Positions 24,420-36,099 of a DNA stretch of 37,401 nt are shown in pieces. This DNA is from Octopus bimaculoides (taxonomy: Eukaryota). The notes beneath the pieces are model-generated. The model worked only from the letters and a program-made list of their open reading frames with translations, did no database searches and had not been told where the DNA came from. The stretch's first letter is position 1. Every line of letters begins with the position of its first letter. The stretch is from assembly GCF_001194135.2 (NCBI RefSeq), contig NC_068982.1, positions 86,747,404 through 86,784,804 on the forward strand, given 5' to 3'. Position numbers and translations under genes: made by a program.

Positions 24420-25200
24420 TTAAGTTTCTTTTTTTTTTAAAGAAGATAAGGGGATGGCAAGATTGTTTGTGAATGTACCTAAGTTTTTCATTTGATTTAT
24501 GGTAGGGCTTGTAAGTGTTTAATTTTATGTCCTGGGAAGCAACTTTAGTGAGATTTGTAGCAACTGTGATTTTGAGATTTGTGCTTTTGAGGGTTTTTTT
24601 CTAGAGGGATATGCATAATCCATCATCTTTGTATAAACTAATATCATGCGATGAGAACTTAATTTTCAGGTTATCTAGTGTAAAAGGCACAATTAGAACA
24701 CGTGTCAGCACTGTTATATGAACCCATCACTATGCCGACAATTAGTTGGATTCAGATGTCTTCACCCAAGCTGAACACTTGCTAAAGAGGAGGGTTTCAT
24801 GTGCATGTATGATTAACTCAACTTCTGTTTGTCAATGTATTTTCTGGTGAGCTCAATTGCTTTATTTAGCAAGGGTCTTGATACGGAAAGGTAAAAGTCT
24901 AAGCTGTTGACTTATCCTTTATATTTTTATACCAGTCTAAAGCAGTATTGTTTTTTATCCACTGTTGCAGTGGGTAAATATTTTAAAATACTTTTTTTGG
25001 TGACTAAACCTACTTCTGTCCTAATGAGATCTATATGACTACAGGTGGGCTTATTTGAAAAGTTGGGTTTGTGATCATTTAAAATTATAAAGACTTCCTT
25101 TTTAGCTAAATATTTTATCCTATCTTCAATTTTATTACATATTGCATGAAGTTTAACCTCATCATTGTCATTATAGCTATTAGTGTTCCCTTATATTTAC
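24420..25200 (-). mobile_element. Penelope-like element RT fragment including the catalytic motif
   Basis: Minus-strand EVFIILNDHKPNFSNKPTC; VMGSYNSADTC; YKDDGLC (~24612-24635); LKITVATNLTKV...YKPYHKSNEKLRYIHKQSCHP. Confidence 0.85.
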
Positions 25201-25376
25201 CAAAGATACTATTACATCACAGCATATCATATCTATCATTCCTAACTTTATATAAGTTATTAGTCTAAAGAGAAAAAAATGAATCTATCGCACTGAAATG
25301 GCATGTTGTCACCAATTCACAGACATGAACATAATAGTATATTTTAATTGTAAGTTTTATTTAACACGTTTATATA

Positions 25377-26651
25377 TTGGGTCATCCCATAAATAATATG
25401 GTTTTTAATTGCATGAACTAAAAGTCTGAGGGGGATGAGATAAACTGCATCAACTTGCTATAAAAGGAAGTAATAATTTTACCATGGCCTTATTCTTAGT
25501 GCAAGTTTTGAAGGGTGCAGTTCAATTTTAAGTTATTTTTTCAAAGCTATAATTGAAGTAACAAAGGAGCATATTCTGCATATTTTGCTTTATGAGTTCA
25601 ATAAAGGCAACAACACAACAAAAAGTGCAAGGAATATTAATACAGTATATGGGGATCAGACAATGAGCATAAGCCATGTCAACGGTGGTTCCAGAAATTC
25701 CGAGCCAGGAACTACAACCTAGAAGGCGAGCCTTGTCCTGGAAGATCTGTAGAGCTTGACATGGACGTCCTGCACACCCTAGTGGAACAAAATCTCATCA
25801 TAACTGTTGAGGAACTAGCAGAGAAGCTTGGATTTGGTTGTTCAACCATTCATCAATACTTGTGTGCCATCAGAAAAGTCAGCAAATAGGGTCAATGGGT
25901 TCCTCAAAACGTTTCCAAGTCTAATCACATGCAGAGAGTGAATGTGCACTCTTCTTTGCTGTCATGTCACACGAATGAACCTTTTTTGGACTGAATAGTG
26001 AATGGTGATGAGAAATGGGTTTTCTATAAAATATCAAGTGCTGAAAACAGTGTGTAGGGAAAGGAGAAACACCAACACCCCAGGCTAAAGAAGGTCTTCA
26101 CCTACTTAAGTTGTTGTTATCTGTTTGGGGTGGGATATGAAAGTTTTAGTCCACTTTGAACTTTTAAACCCAAACCAAACGATAACAAAGGAGATCTACT
26201 GCAAGCAGCTTGAGCGGCTTAAGTCAGCACTAGAAAAAAGACCACGATCTTTAGTTTCAAGACGAAAGGTGTTCTTCCATCTGGATAATGCTTGGCCACA
26301 TACAGTGAAGATGACATTCCAAGGGCTGGAGTAGTTTGAATGGGAAACGATGCCGCACCACCATATTCGCCAGACATTGCCCCATCTGATTATCATATTT
26401 CATAGTTTTCAAAATCATTTGAACAGAAAACATATGAACTCTGTAGATGAGGTCAAAACAGTACTGGAGGAGTATTTTTCATCATGGACAAGTGAATTTT
26501 GGAAGAGGGTCCTTGCAAATCTACCAGATAGATGGAAGAGCATTATAATGAAGGAGAATATATTTTAGATTAAAAATGAACTTTGTTTATCTTAATTTTG
26601 AAAAATAAAAAGAGAAATAGGAAAAAATGCATTATTTATGCGATGATCCAA
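25377..26651 (+). mobile_element. Full-length mariner transposon (1275 bp) with inactivated transposase
   Basis: TIRs TTGGGTCATCCCATAAATAAT / ATTATTTATGCGATGATCCAA with TA on both sides; KEHILHILLYEFNKG...RWFQKFR, WVP, GDEKW, DNAWPH, degenerate HPPYSPDIAPSDYH; stops and frameshifts. Confidence 0.92.
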
Positions 26652-26781
26652 TACATTTCTAATCGCTACTGTTAGAGATGTAGGAGATCAGAAATGATCT
26701 TCAGTGTAACAAATATACATAACAATGATTAGTGTAACAAATATACAGTGTAACAGTGTAACAAATATGTATAACAATTAA

Positions 26782-27728
26782 GGGATCTTTCTGATTTGGC
26801 GAGCACCACTTGTTTTCTTAACGAAACACTTCCAAACATGGGACACTGGTAGAATGTGTCATATAAAACATCTTTTACTCTTAGTGTTATTGAGAAAATT
26901 TTATCTTTTTAAAGTTATTACGTGTTAAAATTGTCGTATTTCGGTAATTTCAACCAATTACTGACGTCTATTGAGGTGAAAACAATTACTGCTGTGGAAT
27001 GTAAACAACACGTTCTAGCGGTGTAATGGGATCTTTCCCTTGAATAAAATTAGTGCCGCTGTTTGTCAAAAACAACTATCGGCGGTACTGTTATTTATGA
27101 CATCGTTCGTGCGTTTGTACTGGTTTTAGCTTTAGGGTTTTAGGGTTAGGGTTCGGGTTTTAGAGTTAGGGCTTTAGGGTTCGGGTTTTAGAATTAAGGT
27201 CAGGGTTAGGGTTATGAGTATTTTTGCCAAATTTGGTGAAAAATTTGTGGTGGTGTATTAAACAGATTTTAACCAAATTTGGCAAAAATACTCATAACCC
27301 TAACCCTAACCCTAACCCTAACCCTAACCCTAAAACCCTAACTCTAAAACCCAAACCCTAACCCTAATACCCTAAAGCTAAAACCAGTACAAACGCACGA
27401 ATGGTGTCATAAATAACACTACCGCCGATAGTTGTTGTTGACAAACAACAGCACTAATTTTATTCAAGGGAAAAGATCCCATTACACCGCCACACCGTGA
27501 TGTTGAGAAACCACAGCAGTAATTGTTTTCACCTCAATAGACATCAGTGATTGGTTGAAATTACCGAAATATGACAACTTTTAACATGAAATAACTTTAA
27601 ATATAAAAATTTTTCTCTGTTCTGTAAGACAAAATATACAAGTATACGAAGTTTTAAAGTGTTTCAGTAGAAAACACACTAAATAAAACATAAATAAAGA
27701 ATGGCGCCCGCCAAATCAGAAAGATCCC
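26782..27728. mobile_element. Foldback/MITE-like palindromic element carrying telomeric repeats
   Basis: Termini GGGATCTTTCTGATTTGGCG / CGCCAAATCAGAAAGATCCC, AATTAA on both flanks, ~455-bp inverted arms, (TTAGGG)-like tract at ~27132-27211 and (TAACCC)n tract at ~27295-27376. Confidence 0.85.
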
Positions 27729-27949
27729 AATTAAATTTGAGTTAAGTTCGAATGGTAGAAAAGGAGTTGGCTCATTATACAAGAAATATTCCTTTAATTT
27801 CTAGCTGGGTTCAACCAAGGAAAATTTAGTATTGCTTGGCAAGAAGTGAAGGTGTTTGTTCTCCGTAACTCTATCTCAATTTCTGTGGTAGTTCTTGGTG
27901 GGCTTTTATCTTGATACTAAGATAAGCACAAGAAAAGGGCATAGGATCT

Positions 27950-29450
27950 GATGCTATGGCATGATATATCTACAAGCTGATTGGTTGATAATCAGGACAG
28001 ACTGTATGACTTGAGTGTGATCTATGCATTGTACAGACCTGGTAACTGAGAAAACAGAATTTGTGATTCTATTCTAGGTCTTGCTTCAAACCTTATTTTT
28101 AGAGTTTTTAATTATTCTAATATCAGTTTTAAGTTTAATCTGGAAAGTGTTACAGTACTTATGAAATTTAATGTTAGCTACTATGTCTAGAAGGTAAGCT
28201 TCAAAAGGAGCTTAATATTTTGCTCTAGCAGGAAATTTGCATGCCTTTAAGTCATAACATTCTGTGGCAGTGGTGTCAGCTCAAAATATAGAGCCTTCCA
28301 GTGCATCCATCTCGCCTAATCTTTGAATTTTTCTAGGAGCATCCAAATATATAGGTTATTAGGCAGTGTAGGTATATTCTTGATAGCTAATCAATGTGGT
28401 ATAAATCCTTTATTGTTGTATTGGGTTTGTAGAATCCTTGGAAACCACAATTTAACATGAGGATAACCTATAAAAATCATGTAATATCAATAGGCATGAA
28501 TTTGTATATCACTGGTTAAAGGGTCCCCAGACACAATAAAACTCTTACACCCTTTTCCCTTGACGTTTTCCACTATTTCTAGCCATCAGCCCTAAGCTAT
28601 TGTTGACCCTTACCATAGTTGAATAGTATTAACATCTGGTATTGAAATTTGATGCCCAACAACTTCTTTAGTGGCCAGTTTTTGGCAAATTCCACAATGT
28701 TTTGGATGCTGTTGGCAATTACTACTATATTTTGAATGCTAGTGGTGATTTGGGCCCCAAAGGGAGCATTATACCAGACTACTTGTTTTGATTTATCTCT
28801 TATTTTTAGAGATACTACATTCCCCTCTATTCCTCTTTCTTATTTCCTCTTTGGTTGGTCTACTCTCATCATGAGCTATGCTATTTTGACTATTATGGCT
28901 GTCCCTATTACCACACTTGTTATCATCCTCCAGTTTCCATTTTTAATTTTAGACCTATCATATTTGGTGGGTGGTTTAGAATTATCCACAGATTTATTTG
29001 AACACATATTCCTTTGAGATGTCATACAATTACGTTCACTTTGCCCATCTAATTTTTCATTTGTTGAGAGTGTTACTGTGTCTCTTGAACCAACCATACC
29101 ATGCTTGTTATGATTAGATTTCTTATTATATCTTTTACCACTTGTCCTGGAATTTTAATTTCTATTGCTATGGTAGTCACCACAGTTAAAACTTGTCCAA
29201 TTTGTAACATTAGTTTCCCTGACCAGATCGCTATTTGAGATGTATTTAATTTTTTCACTGTAAGCTGCTTCCACCAGGGCTACATTACAATAGCTCTTGT
29301 TCTTTTTAAAGATATCTTTGCTTGCTGAGAGTTTAGATATTCTTATTGATACCCCCTTGACAATGGAGTTTATAATGCTTCTTGGATGATTTGAGATGTG
29401 GCTGACATACTTAAGGTCTTTGTCTGGTCTGTGACATGGATGATGAGTCC
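27950..29450 (-). mobile_element. Penelope-like element fragments (thumb/C-terminal and an N-terminal piece), very degenerate
   Basis: Minus-strand KYVSHISNHPRSIINSIVKGVSIRISKLSASKDIF...AAYSEKIKY, VVWYNAPF, LYIWML, and LLDIVANIKFHKYCNTFQIKLKTDIRIIKNS. Confidence 0.65.
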
Positions 29451-29511
29451 AGTACTAAAGTTGAGTGTAATATGTAAATAATTTACCTTACTGTGTTTGC
29501 TTTCTATATCT

Positions 29512-29675
29512 GCGCAGGAGTGGCTGTGTGGTAAGTTGCTTGCTTACCAACCACATGGTTCCGGGTTCAGTCCCACTGCATGGCATCTTGGGCAAGTGTC
29601 TTCTACTAAAGCCTTGGGCCGACCAAAGCCTTGTGAGTGGATTTGGTAGACGGAAACTGAAAGAAGCCCGTCGTA

Positions 29676-29722
<47 letters not shown>

Positions 29723-29915
29723 GTGTGTTTGTGTGTCTGTGTTTGTCCCCCCAACATCGCTTGACAACTGATGCTGGTGTGTTTACGACCCCGTAACTTA
29801 GCGGCTCGGCAAAAGAGACTGATAGAATAAGTCCTGGGGTCGATTTGCTCGACTAAAGGCAGTGCTCCAGCATGGCCACAGTCAAATGACTGAAACAAGT
29901 AAAGGAGAAAGAGAA
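29512..29915 (+). mobile_element. tRNA-derived SINE (family A), full length, low divergence
   Basis: Pol III A-box-like TGGCTGTGTGG and B-box-like GGTTCAGTCCC, central (TA)n(TG)n, 3' tail gactgaaacaagtaaaggagaaagag; resembles octopus tRNA-SINEs, exact family not verified. Confidence 0.9.
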
Positions 29916-30429
29916 AGAGATAATAATAAAAGTGAGATTCTCTGTTTGTCTGGGATCCCTGTATCTCAGCCTACACTTGCTCTACATAAACATATACTTT
30001 TTTGGAATTGGGATTAATCCTGGGATTGAAAATCTGCCCTTCATTTGGTTCTTGAACATCCAGCATTGGGATGTGATTTAAAAGCATTTGAGTTGCTATT
30101 TCTAGCAGGTAAAGTTTGGCCGATTCATGTCAACTTGGTGGCATTTGTTAGATGATGTCAGAGATCAAGGGGGAGATAAATGATATTTGCTTCATTGAAA
30201 TAAGAACTTTAGGACAAATTGGCCGATAGTTGGAATTCAACTTGGGACTGAAACAATAGAATGATTGCATTACAGAATTAATTCACATCTGTCCTTCACC
30301 TCTGTTCAAACACCACCGGGGCATATAGTCATTATAGATGTATTATAGTCATGCTCCTTTTAGTTTTGGGCCACATGCCCAATTAACCTTCTAAAAGAGC
30401 TAGTTTAAAAGTGCACATGGAGTATAGCT

Positions 30430-30665
30430 TTAAATTTTCTAAATCCTAAATTTAGTAAGTTTTTTTCTTATACTTTTCAGTGTTACTTTTGCTACAATTT
30501 CATATAGCAAATAGGGCATTGCCCCCGTATAATCCCCCACCACACCCCACAATTCAGGGAACTCCTTGCTTGTGTATCTTAAAATAAATATACCCACCAA
30601 ATCCATCACCTGAGTGTAGTCACTTGATCCCATGATGATATCGAAGTTGTTGGGCCTTTCTTAGT
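30430..30665 (-). mobile_element. Penelope-like element RT fragment
   Basis: PNNFDIIMGSSDYTQVMDLVGIFILRY...SIRKKLTKF matches the PLE motif FDVTMGSYDGAEVCELVGLxIL...IRKKL. Confidence 0.75.
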
Positions 30666-31959
30666 TCAAAGCTTACCTTCATATTCAGTAACAGTTTTTC
30701 TAGTTTCTATGTTGATTTTATTCTTAGTTAGTCAAGAGTTTTACCTTTTATTTTATTTTATTTTATTCTGTTTATTTTACTTAATTATATTTTTTAATGT
30801 TTGTTTTACTTTATTTTGCTCTGGTTTATCCTCTTCACTTAACACCTGTGGAATTTATTATACCACCCTGCTTACAAATAATAACTTAGCATACCATTCC
30901 AGTAGTACTAATGACTACTAGTTGTATATATAAGGCTTAAGTAGTCTTGGTACTGTGACTTTACATGTTACAATTTATTTATTTATTTTAATCCATGACA
31001 AGTACCTCTAATAATTACTGTAAAATATCCTATACTTTATCCAAGCAATTTCCATGTCCAAAACATTGTGGAATTTGCCAAGAGCTGACCACTTAAGTTG
31101 TTGTTGGGTATCAAATTTCAATAGCAGATGTTAATATTATTCAACCATGGTAAGGGGCAACAATAGCTTAGGGCTGATAGCTAGAAACTGGTGACCTAGT
31201 TCCATATAGATGCAACAATGACCAAATTCCTTCCTCTCTTTTTTCTTTCCTCTTCTCCTATCTTCATTTACTTGGGACTTTGGCAGTTGATGTGTTGGAT
31301 TCCAACGATGATAATAGTCTAACAGTTGTTCACTATATTTTCAATTGATCGAATGAGTATACTGAACCATGAGTATACTGAACTGTGCATATCAGAAACA
31401 GTTGTACGTCTGCAATGCACAAATAAATGTATAAAGCCTATTATTTATACTTTTTTCTTATATATATTGCTCTGCATGTATAATTTGGATTTACTAAGTT
31501 GACTAGTGATGGATTCACATGCAAACTAATAGCAAACATAAGCTCTGTATGTGACAGATGATGTGATAAATGAACTGGAGCTGCACATAATATGAACACA
31601 CTGAAAATAAACTTCCTTGAATGCCTGGATGACTCACAAGAAGTAGTTGGTAGCACCCCTGCTAATGCAGGGGTGGTGGTTGTTTTAAAAGTATAGTAAC
31701 CAGAGTAAGAATGGGTTGGAGAAATTTCAGGCAGCCTCTACTGCTCTTGACCACAAAGGTTTTTTCCCTACTGAGTGAAGGGCAGATTGCATGATGCTGG
31801 TATTAGAATTGCAATACTGCATAGTTAATTTAAAATCTGCACCTTGAATGCTGAGGTCTTGAGCAAACTTAAAAGAAATGAAGTGAACATTAGGGTTGTG
31901 CAATGTAAATGGGTATGAACAACAGAGTATAAATGTGCTCAAAGAAAAACTGGGTATAA

Positions 31960-32110
31960 GAGGAATTAAATGTGTACAAGAAAGAAGACTGTGCTGGTAT
32001 AGACATATGTGTATGGGTGAGGACAGCTGTATAAAGAAGTGGCAATGACAATGTGGATGGAAGTTGTGAAAGATGATGTGGTGATGGCTGACCTCAGGAG
32101 ATGCTAAAGT
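31960..32110 (+). mobile_element. RTE-clade LINE 3' fragment
   Basis: CVQERRLCWYRHMCMGEDSCIKK, resembling RRLRWYGHV.RM.ED..VKK. Confidence 0.55.
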
Positions 32111-33202
32111 ACCAGGATGATTGGTGATAAGCAGTTCTTAAGAAAATTTGCCCAATTCAGCAAAACTGAGTTATGGAACCACCGTGTGTGAATGTAATGT
32201 ACAGAAAGGTACTTTGCTCAATCTCCTCCTGAAATTATCCCTCTTTTCATCACATCCCTTACTACTACTCTCCCTTGATGCCACTTTGTTTTTCTTAGTA
32301 CCTGGAACCTTTTCACTTGTTAGCCAGTCTTCATCCATTAACATTGCTCTCTCTACACACCTTACATTGACCACTCTGTTCCCCACTAAACTACCAAATT
32401 ATCTTTCTTTGTGTACCATTGCCTCTTTCTCTATCTCTTTTCCCACCATACCTGCAGCCTACCCAACCACATGATATCTCTGTCTTGTCCTTTCCCAACT
32501 CTCCACTTCTACTTCTCTCAATACACTGATCACTCACCCCCTCCTACTTCCTGATCTGATTTTCCTATCTCTACTTGCCCTTCCTTGTTTCAAATCTCAC
32601 CACACCCTCATTGAGCTACCTACTTCCTCCTTCCATTTACTTCTGTTTGCTTTCCTCTTCATCCACACCTTCCTGCATTATGATTTGAAATGTTTGATAC
32701 TCATCTCTCCACTCTGAAGATGGAGGCCAGATCTACCTAATGTTTATATGCTTCCACTACTAGTTGCATCTCCTTGACAACTTTTTGTGAACTACATCTG
32801 CCAACACTATCAAGTAATTCTGAGCCCCCAGAAACAGCTGTTGGACCTGTAATACCATACTTTATCCCCTTAATATTCTGTGTCTTTGTACTGTGTGTTA
32901 GTTTGCTCTGTTAATATATAAATATCTATATACTTATACATGAATATTCATTGTCTGAATATTTTCAGTCTTTGTTTTCTCTCTATTTACATGTATATAT
33001 GTATGTATATTTTGTATACCTAGCCCAAGTGGTTTCATTTGTTTCTTTGCATCATTGTCTTCATATCTGCTCACCTGGATTCCTCTTATGGCCACTCTCT
33101 ACCCCACAGACTTAGTCCTTGGTAGAGATTTTGGAGTGCAAGTTTAAATCATTTGACCACTACAAAGTGTATTCTATATTGACATCTCTGGCTCTCATCT
33201 GT

Positions 33203-33252
<50 letters not shown>

Positions 33253-33307
33253 TTATAATAATAATTTCTCAAGGAACTAGAAGATGGATTTGGAATTAAT
33301 CTTTTTT

Positions 33308-33615
33308 TTTTTGTATAGTGGTTGTTTCGACTCATCCTGCTACTGTCACGTATGGGTAGGACTCCGTTTGACATGTGCTGTGTCCATTTTGAGTCTGGTT
33401 CTCATCAGGTACATCCATACATAAAGCTGTGTCTTGCTAAAGATCCTGAGTTTTGGCTGTCATGTTAGATGCGTGTCTGGATCTTTAATGAGACATAACT
33501 TTATGTATGGATGTCCCTGATGAGACAGACTGCAAAATGGTTGCAACACATGTTGAACAGAGTCCCACCCATATGGGACAGTAGCAGGATGGATCAAAAT
33601 GACTGTTGTACAAAA
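33308..33615. mobile_element. Palindromic MITE/hairpin
   Basis: Arms 33332-33446 and 33479-33593 are reverse complements (about 80% by eye), 32-nt loop, degenerate outward extension. Confidence 0.8.
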
Positions 33616-33813
33616 TAAAGATTAATACCAAATCCATCTTCTGGTTACTTAATAAATTATTATTATTTCAACTAACACTGTGGAGTTCCTGGAGTAGATC
33701 CAACGGAAATATACCTTGACTTTGGATTATACCAGGTAGCCCAAACTGTGCTAGTGCTCTACTCAACACATCAACACACTAATCGTCATATATCTATTAG
33801 TCCAAAATATTAA

Positions 33814-33845
<32 letters not shown>

Positions 33846-33846
<1 letters not shown>

Positions 33847-33992
33847 CAGGCATGGCTGTGTGTTAAGAAGCTTGCTTCCCAACCTCATGGTTCCAGGTTC
33901 AGTCCTACTATGTGACACCTTGGGCGAGTGTCTTTTACTATAGCCTAGGTCAACCATAGCCTTGTGAGTGAATTTGGTTGATGGAAACTGAA
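33846..33992 (+). mobile_element. tRNA-derived SINE (family A), 5' head
   Basis: gcaggcatggctgtgtgttaagaagcttgcttcccaacc...ggaaactgaaagaagccc. Confidence 0.85.
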
Positions 33993-34001
33993 AGAAGCCC
34001 A

Positions 34002-34285
34002 TGGCTTAGTGGTTATGGTGTTGCACTCTCACGATTGTGAGATTGAGTTCAATTCCCAGACCGGGTGTTGCATTGTGTTCTTGAGCAAAGCACTTCATTT
34101 CACGTTGCTCTGCGATCATTTCAGCATCTGACATGTGGCACCTGTTGCACCGGTACAGGTAATGTTGATTTGATGGAGGTAGTGAGCTTATGTTTAAACA
34201 AACATTTGATCACTATAAACAAATCATCTGTGTGGTTGTTTGGTAGGAAATTGTCGAACCTTCATACGTTGTCTAACAACGGGAG
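34002..34285 (+). mobile_element. Second tRNA-derived SINE family (family C)
   Basis: A-box TGGCTTAGTGG and B-box GAGTTCAATTCC, followed by ttcttgagcaaagcacttcatttcac; body differs from family A. Confidence 0.7.
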
Positions 34286-34294
34286 AGTTCATTA

Positions 34295-34364
<70 letters not shown>

Positions 34365-34439
34365 TGTGTGTGTGTATATGTATATTAGTTGTAGGCATCA
34401 GCTGATCTGGAGAGGCCATGGATCTGCATCCAGAGAAAT

Positions 34440-35720
34440 TGTCAGCTGCTGATGGTGGTGCAGCGTCTGTTGTGGCTGTACAGGCCCACACATGAGTGGC
34501 AGTCACACATACATTTGAAGGAGCTCTCTGCCAGTGCTACTGGTTTTTCCTTCCATTGAGTGCGGTTTTCTTTGGTGGCAGGTTCCTGATTTTCTTCCGC
34601 TTGCTTCATCTTCTTTTGCAGTATTTGTCTCCAGTGTGGGCAATCATTTACATTCTCCTCCCATCTCAGGACATCCAGATCAAGTGACTTCATATTCCTC
34701 TACCTGGCGTCCTTGAAACAAAGATGTGATCATCCTCCTGCTCTTGTGCCAGTGACCAATTCCTCTTTTGGGATCCTTCTTTGGGGCAGGTGATGTACAT
34801 GACCGAGCCAACACAAACGATGCTGCTGGAGCAGGGTGAGTATGCTGGGTATCTTGGCTTGGTTGAGGACTTTGGTGTTGGTGATGTGGTTGGTCCACTT
34901 GATATACAAGATGCATCTCAAATTATGAAGGTGAAAGATGTTGAGATGCTGCTCCTGTCTGAAGTAGAAGCTCCATGTCTCACTGATGTAAAGTAGTGTA
35001 CTAAGGACACACACCTTATAGACAACAATCTTGGTGTTTGCAGCCAGTTTTATGTTTTCCCAGACTCTCTTTGTGAGCTTGGCAAATGTGGCTAATGCTG
35101 GTCTGATTCACCTGTCGATCTCAGGGTCCAGTGACGGTAATGCTGAGATAGGTGAATTGATGGACTACTTCCAGCTTGTAGTTGTTGATGCTGATGGTGG
35201 TGAGGTGTTTGAAACTTTAGCCCATTACTTGGTCTTCTTCAGATTGATAGACTGAATTCCTGACAGGGCTTAGAAAGTTTGTCCACAAGGTGCTGCATTT
35301 ACTCTTCAGAGTGTGCTGTCAGTACTGCAGTGTCCACAAACAGCATTTCTCTGACAAGTACCTGGTGTGCTCTGAATTTTGCTTTCAGCCTCAACAGACT
35401 AAATGGTTTGCTGCTTGATCTGGTGTGGAGGTAAACACCGCCAGTTGATGTCCCAAATGAATGTTTCAGTACGACTGCAAAGAAGATGCCAAACAGGATG
35501 GGAGCAAGCACACAGCCCAGTTTCATGGCATTACATACGTTGAATGCCTCTGAAAAAGAGCCATCAAATTGAACGACGCCTTCCATGTCTGCATGAAATG
35601 ATTGGACAACCTTGAGGAGTCTTGGAGGATAGCCAATCTTGGCAAGGATTTTGAACAGGCTGTCTCTATTGACTAGGTCAAAGCCTTTATGAGATCAATG
35701 AAGATGATAAAGAGTGGTTG
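34440..35720 (-). mobile_element. RTE-clade LINE, RT to C-terminus, degenerate
   Basis: DLVNRDSLFKILAKIGYPPRLL; LGCVLAPILFGIFF...GVYLHTRS...LKAK...VREMLFVDTAVLTAHSEE; CVLSTLLYISETW; RLCWLGHV; CHSCVGLYSH. Confidence 0.9.
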
Positions 35721-35974
35721 CCTTTGCTCTTGGCACTTCTCCTGTAGCTGTTGAAGAGAGAAGATCATATCAATGGTGGAGCATTTTGATCTGAAATCAC
35801 ACTGAGATTTAGGGGTACACCCTCTCTGATTTTCTGCATCCCGTTTAGAGCCATTTGGGCAAAAACCTTCCCAGCAATGCTTAACAGTGAGATGCCTCAG
35901 TAGTTATTGCAGTTGCTTTTGTCCCCTCTGTTCTTATAAAGGGGGCAATGTTGCAGTCCCTCAAAAGAGCTGAT

Positions 35975-36085
35975 AGACTAAGTACTAGGCTTACGAAGAA
36001 TAAGTCCTGGGGTTGATTGGCTTGACTAAAGGCAGTGCTCCAGCATGGCCCAGCCAAATGCCTAAAACAAGTAAAAGAATAAAAA
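35975..36085 (+). mobile_element. SINE family A 3' fragment
   Basis: taagtactaggcttacgaagaataagtcctgggg...aaaacaagtaaaagaataaaa. Confidence 0.8.
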
Positions 36086-36099
36086 ATTATATATATATA

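Noticed and set aside
26700-26775. Short AGTGTAACAAATATA triplication (a 17-bp direct repeat also occurs at ~31360)
   Set aside because: Ordinary slippage duplications with no further structure.
27132-27376. True chromosomal telomere-fusion site
   Set aside because: Tracts are short, lie within longer symmetric non-telomeric arms and have a candidate TSD, which fits a mobile element better.
24420-29450. Functional link between the telomeric foldback and the flanking PLEs (telomere-associated retroelements)
   Set aside because: The PLE pieces are separated from it by a mariner and unique DNA, look like endonuclease-bearing types and are much more decayed; proximity alone is not evidence.
29512-29580. 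tRNA gene
   Set aside because: A/B boxes belong to a multicopy SINE head and no proper cloverleaf is evident.
30460-30480. Strong plus-strand acceptor as exon 2 of the MDE gene
   Set aside because: Lies antisense within a PLE RT remnant; the phase-1 reading stops soon and gives no recognisable protein. The acceptors at ~15550 and ~33318 fail in the same way.
32130-32800. Pyrimidine-rich block with ORFs 32148-32474 and 32171-32386
   Set aside because: Probably a decayed antisense LINE, but no diagnostic motif could be confirmed, so it is not annotated.
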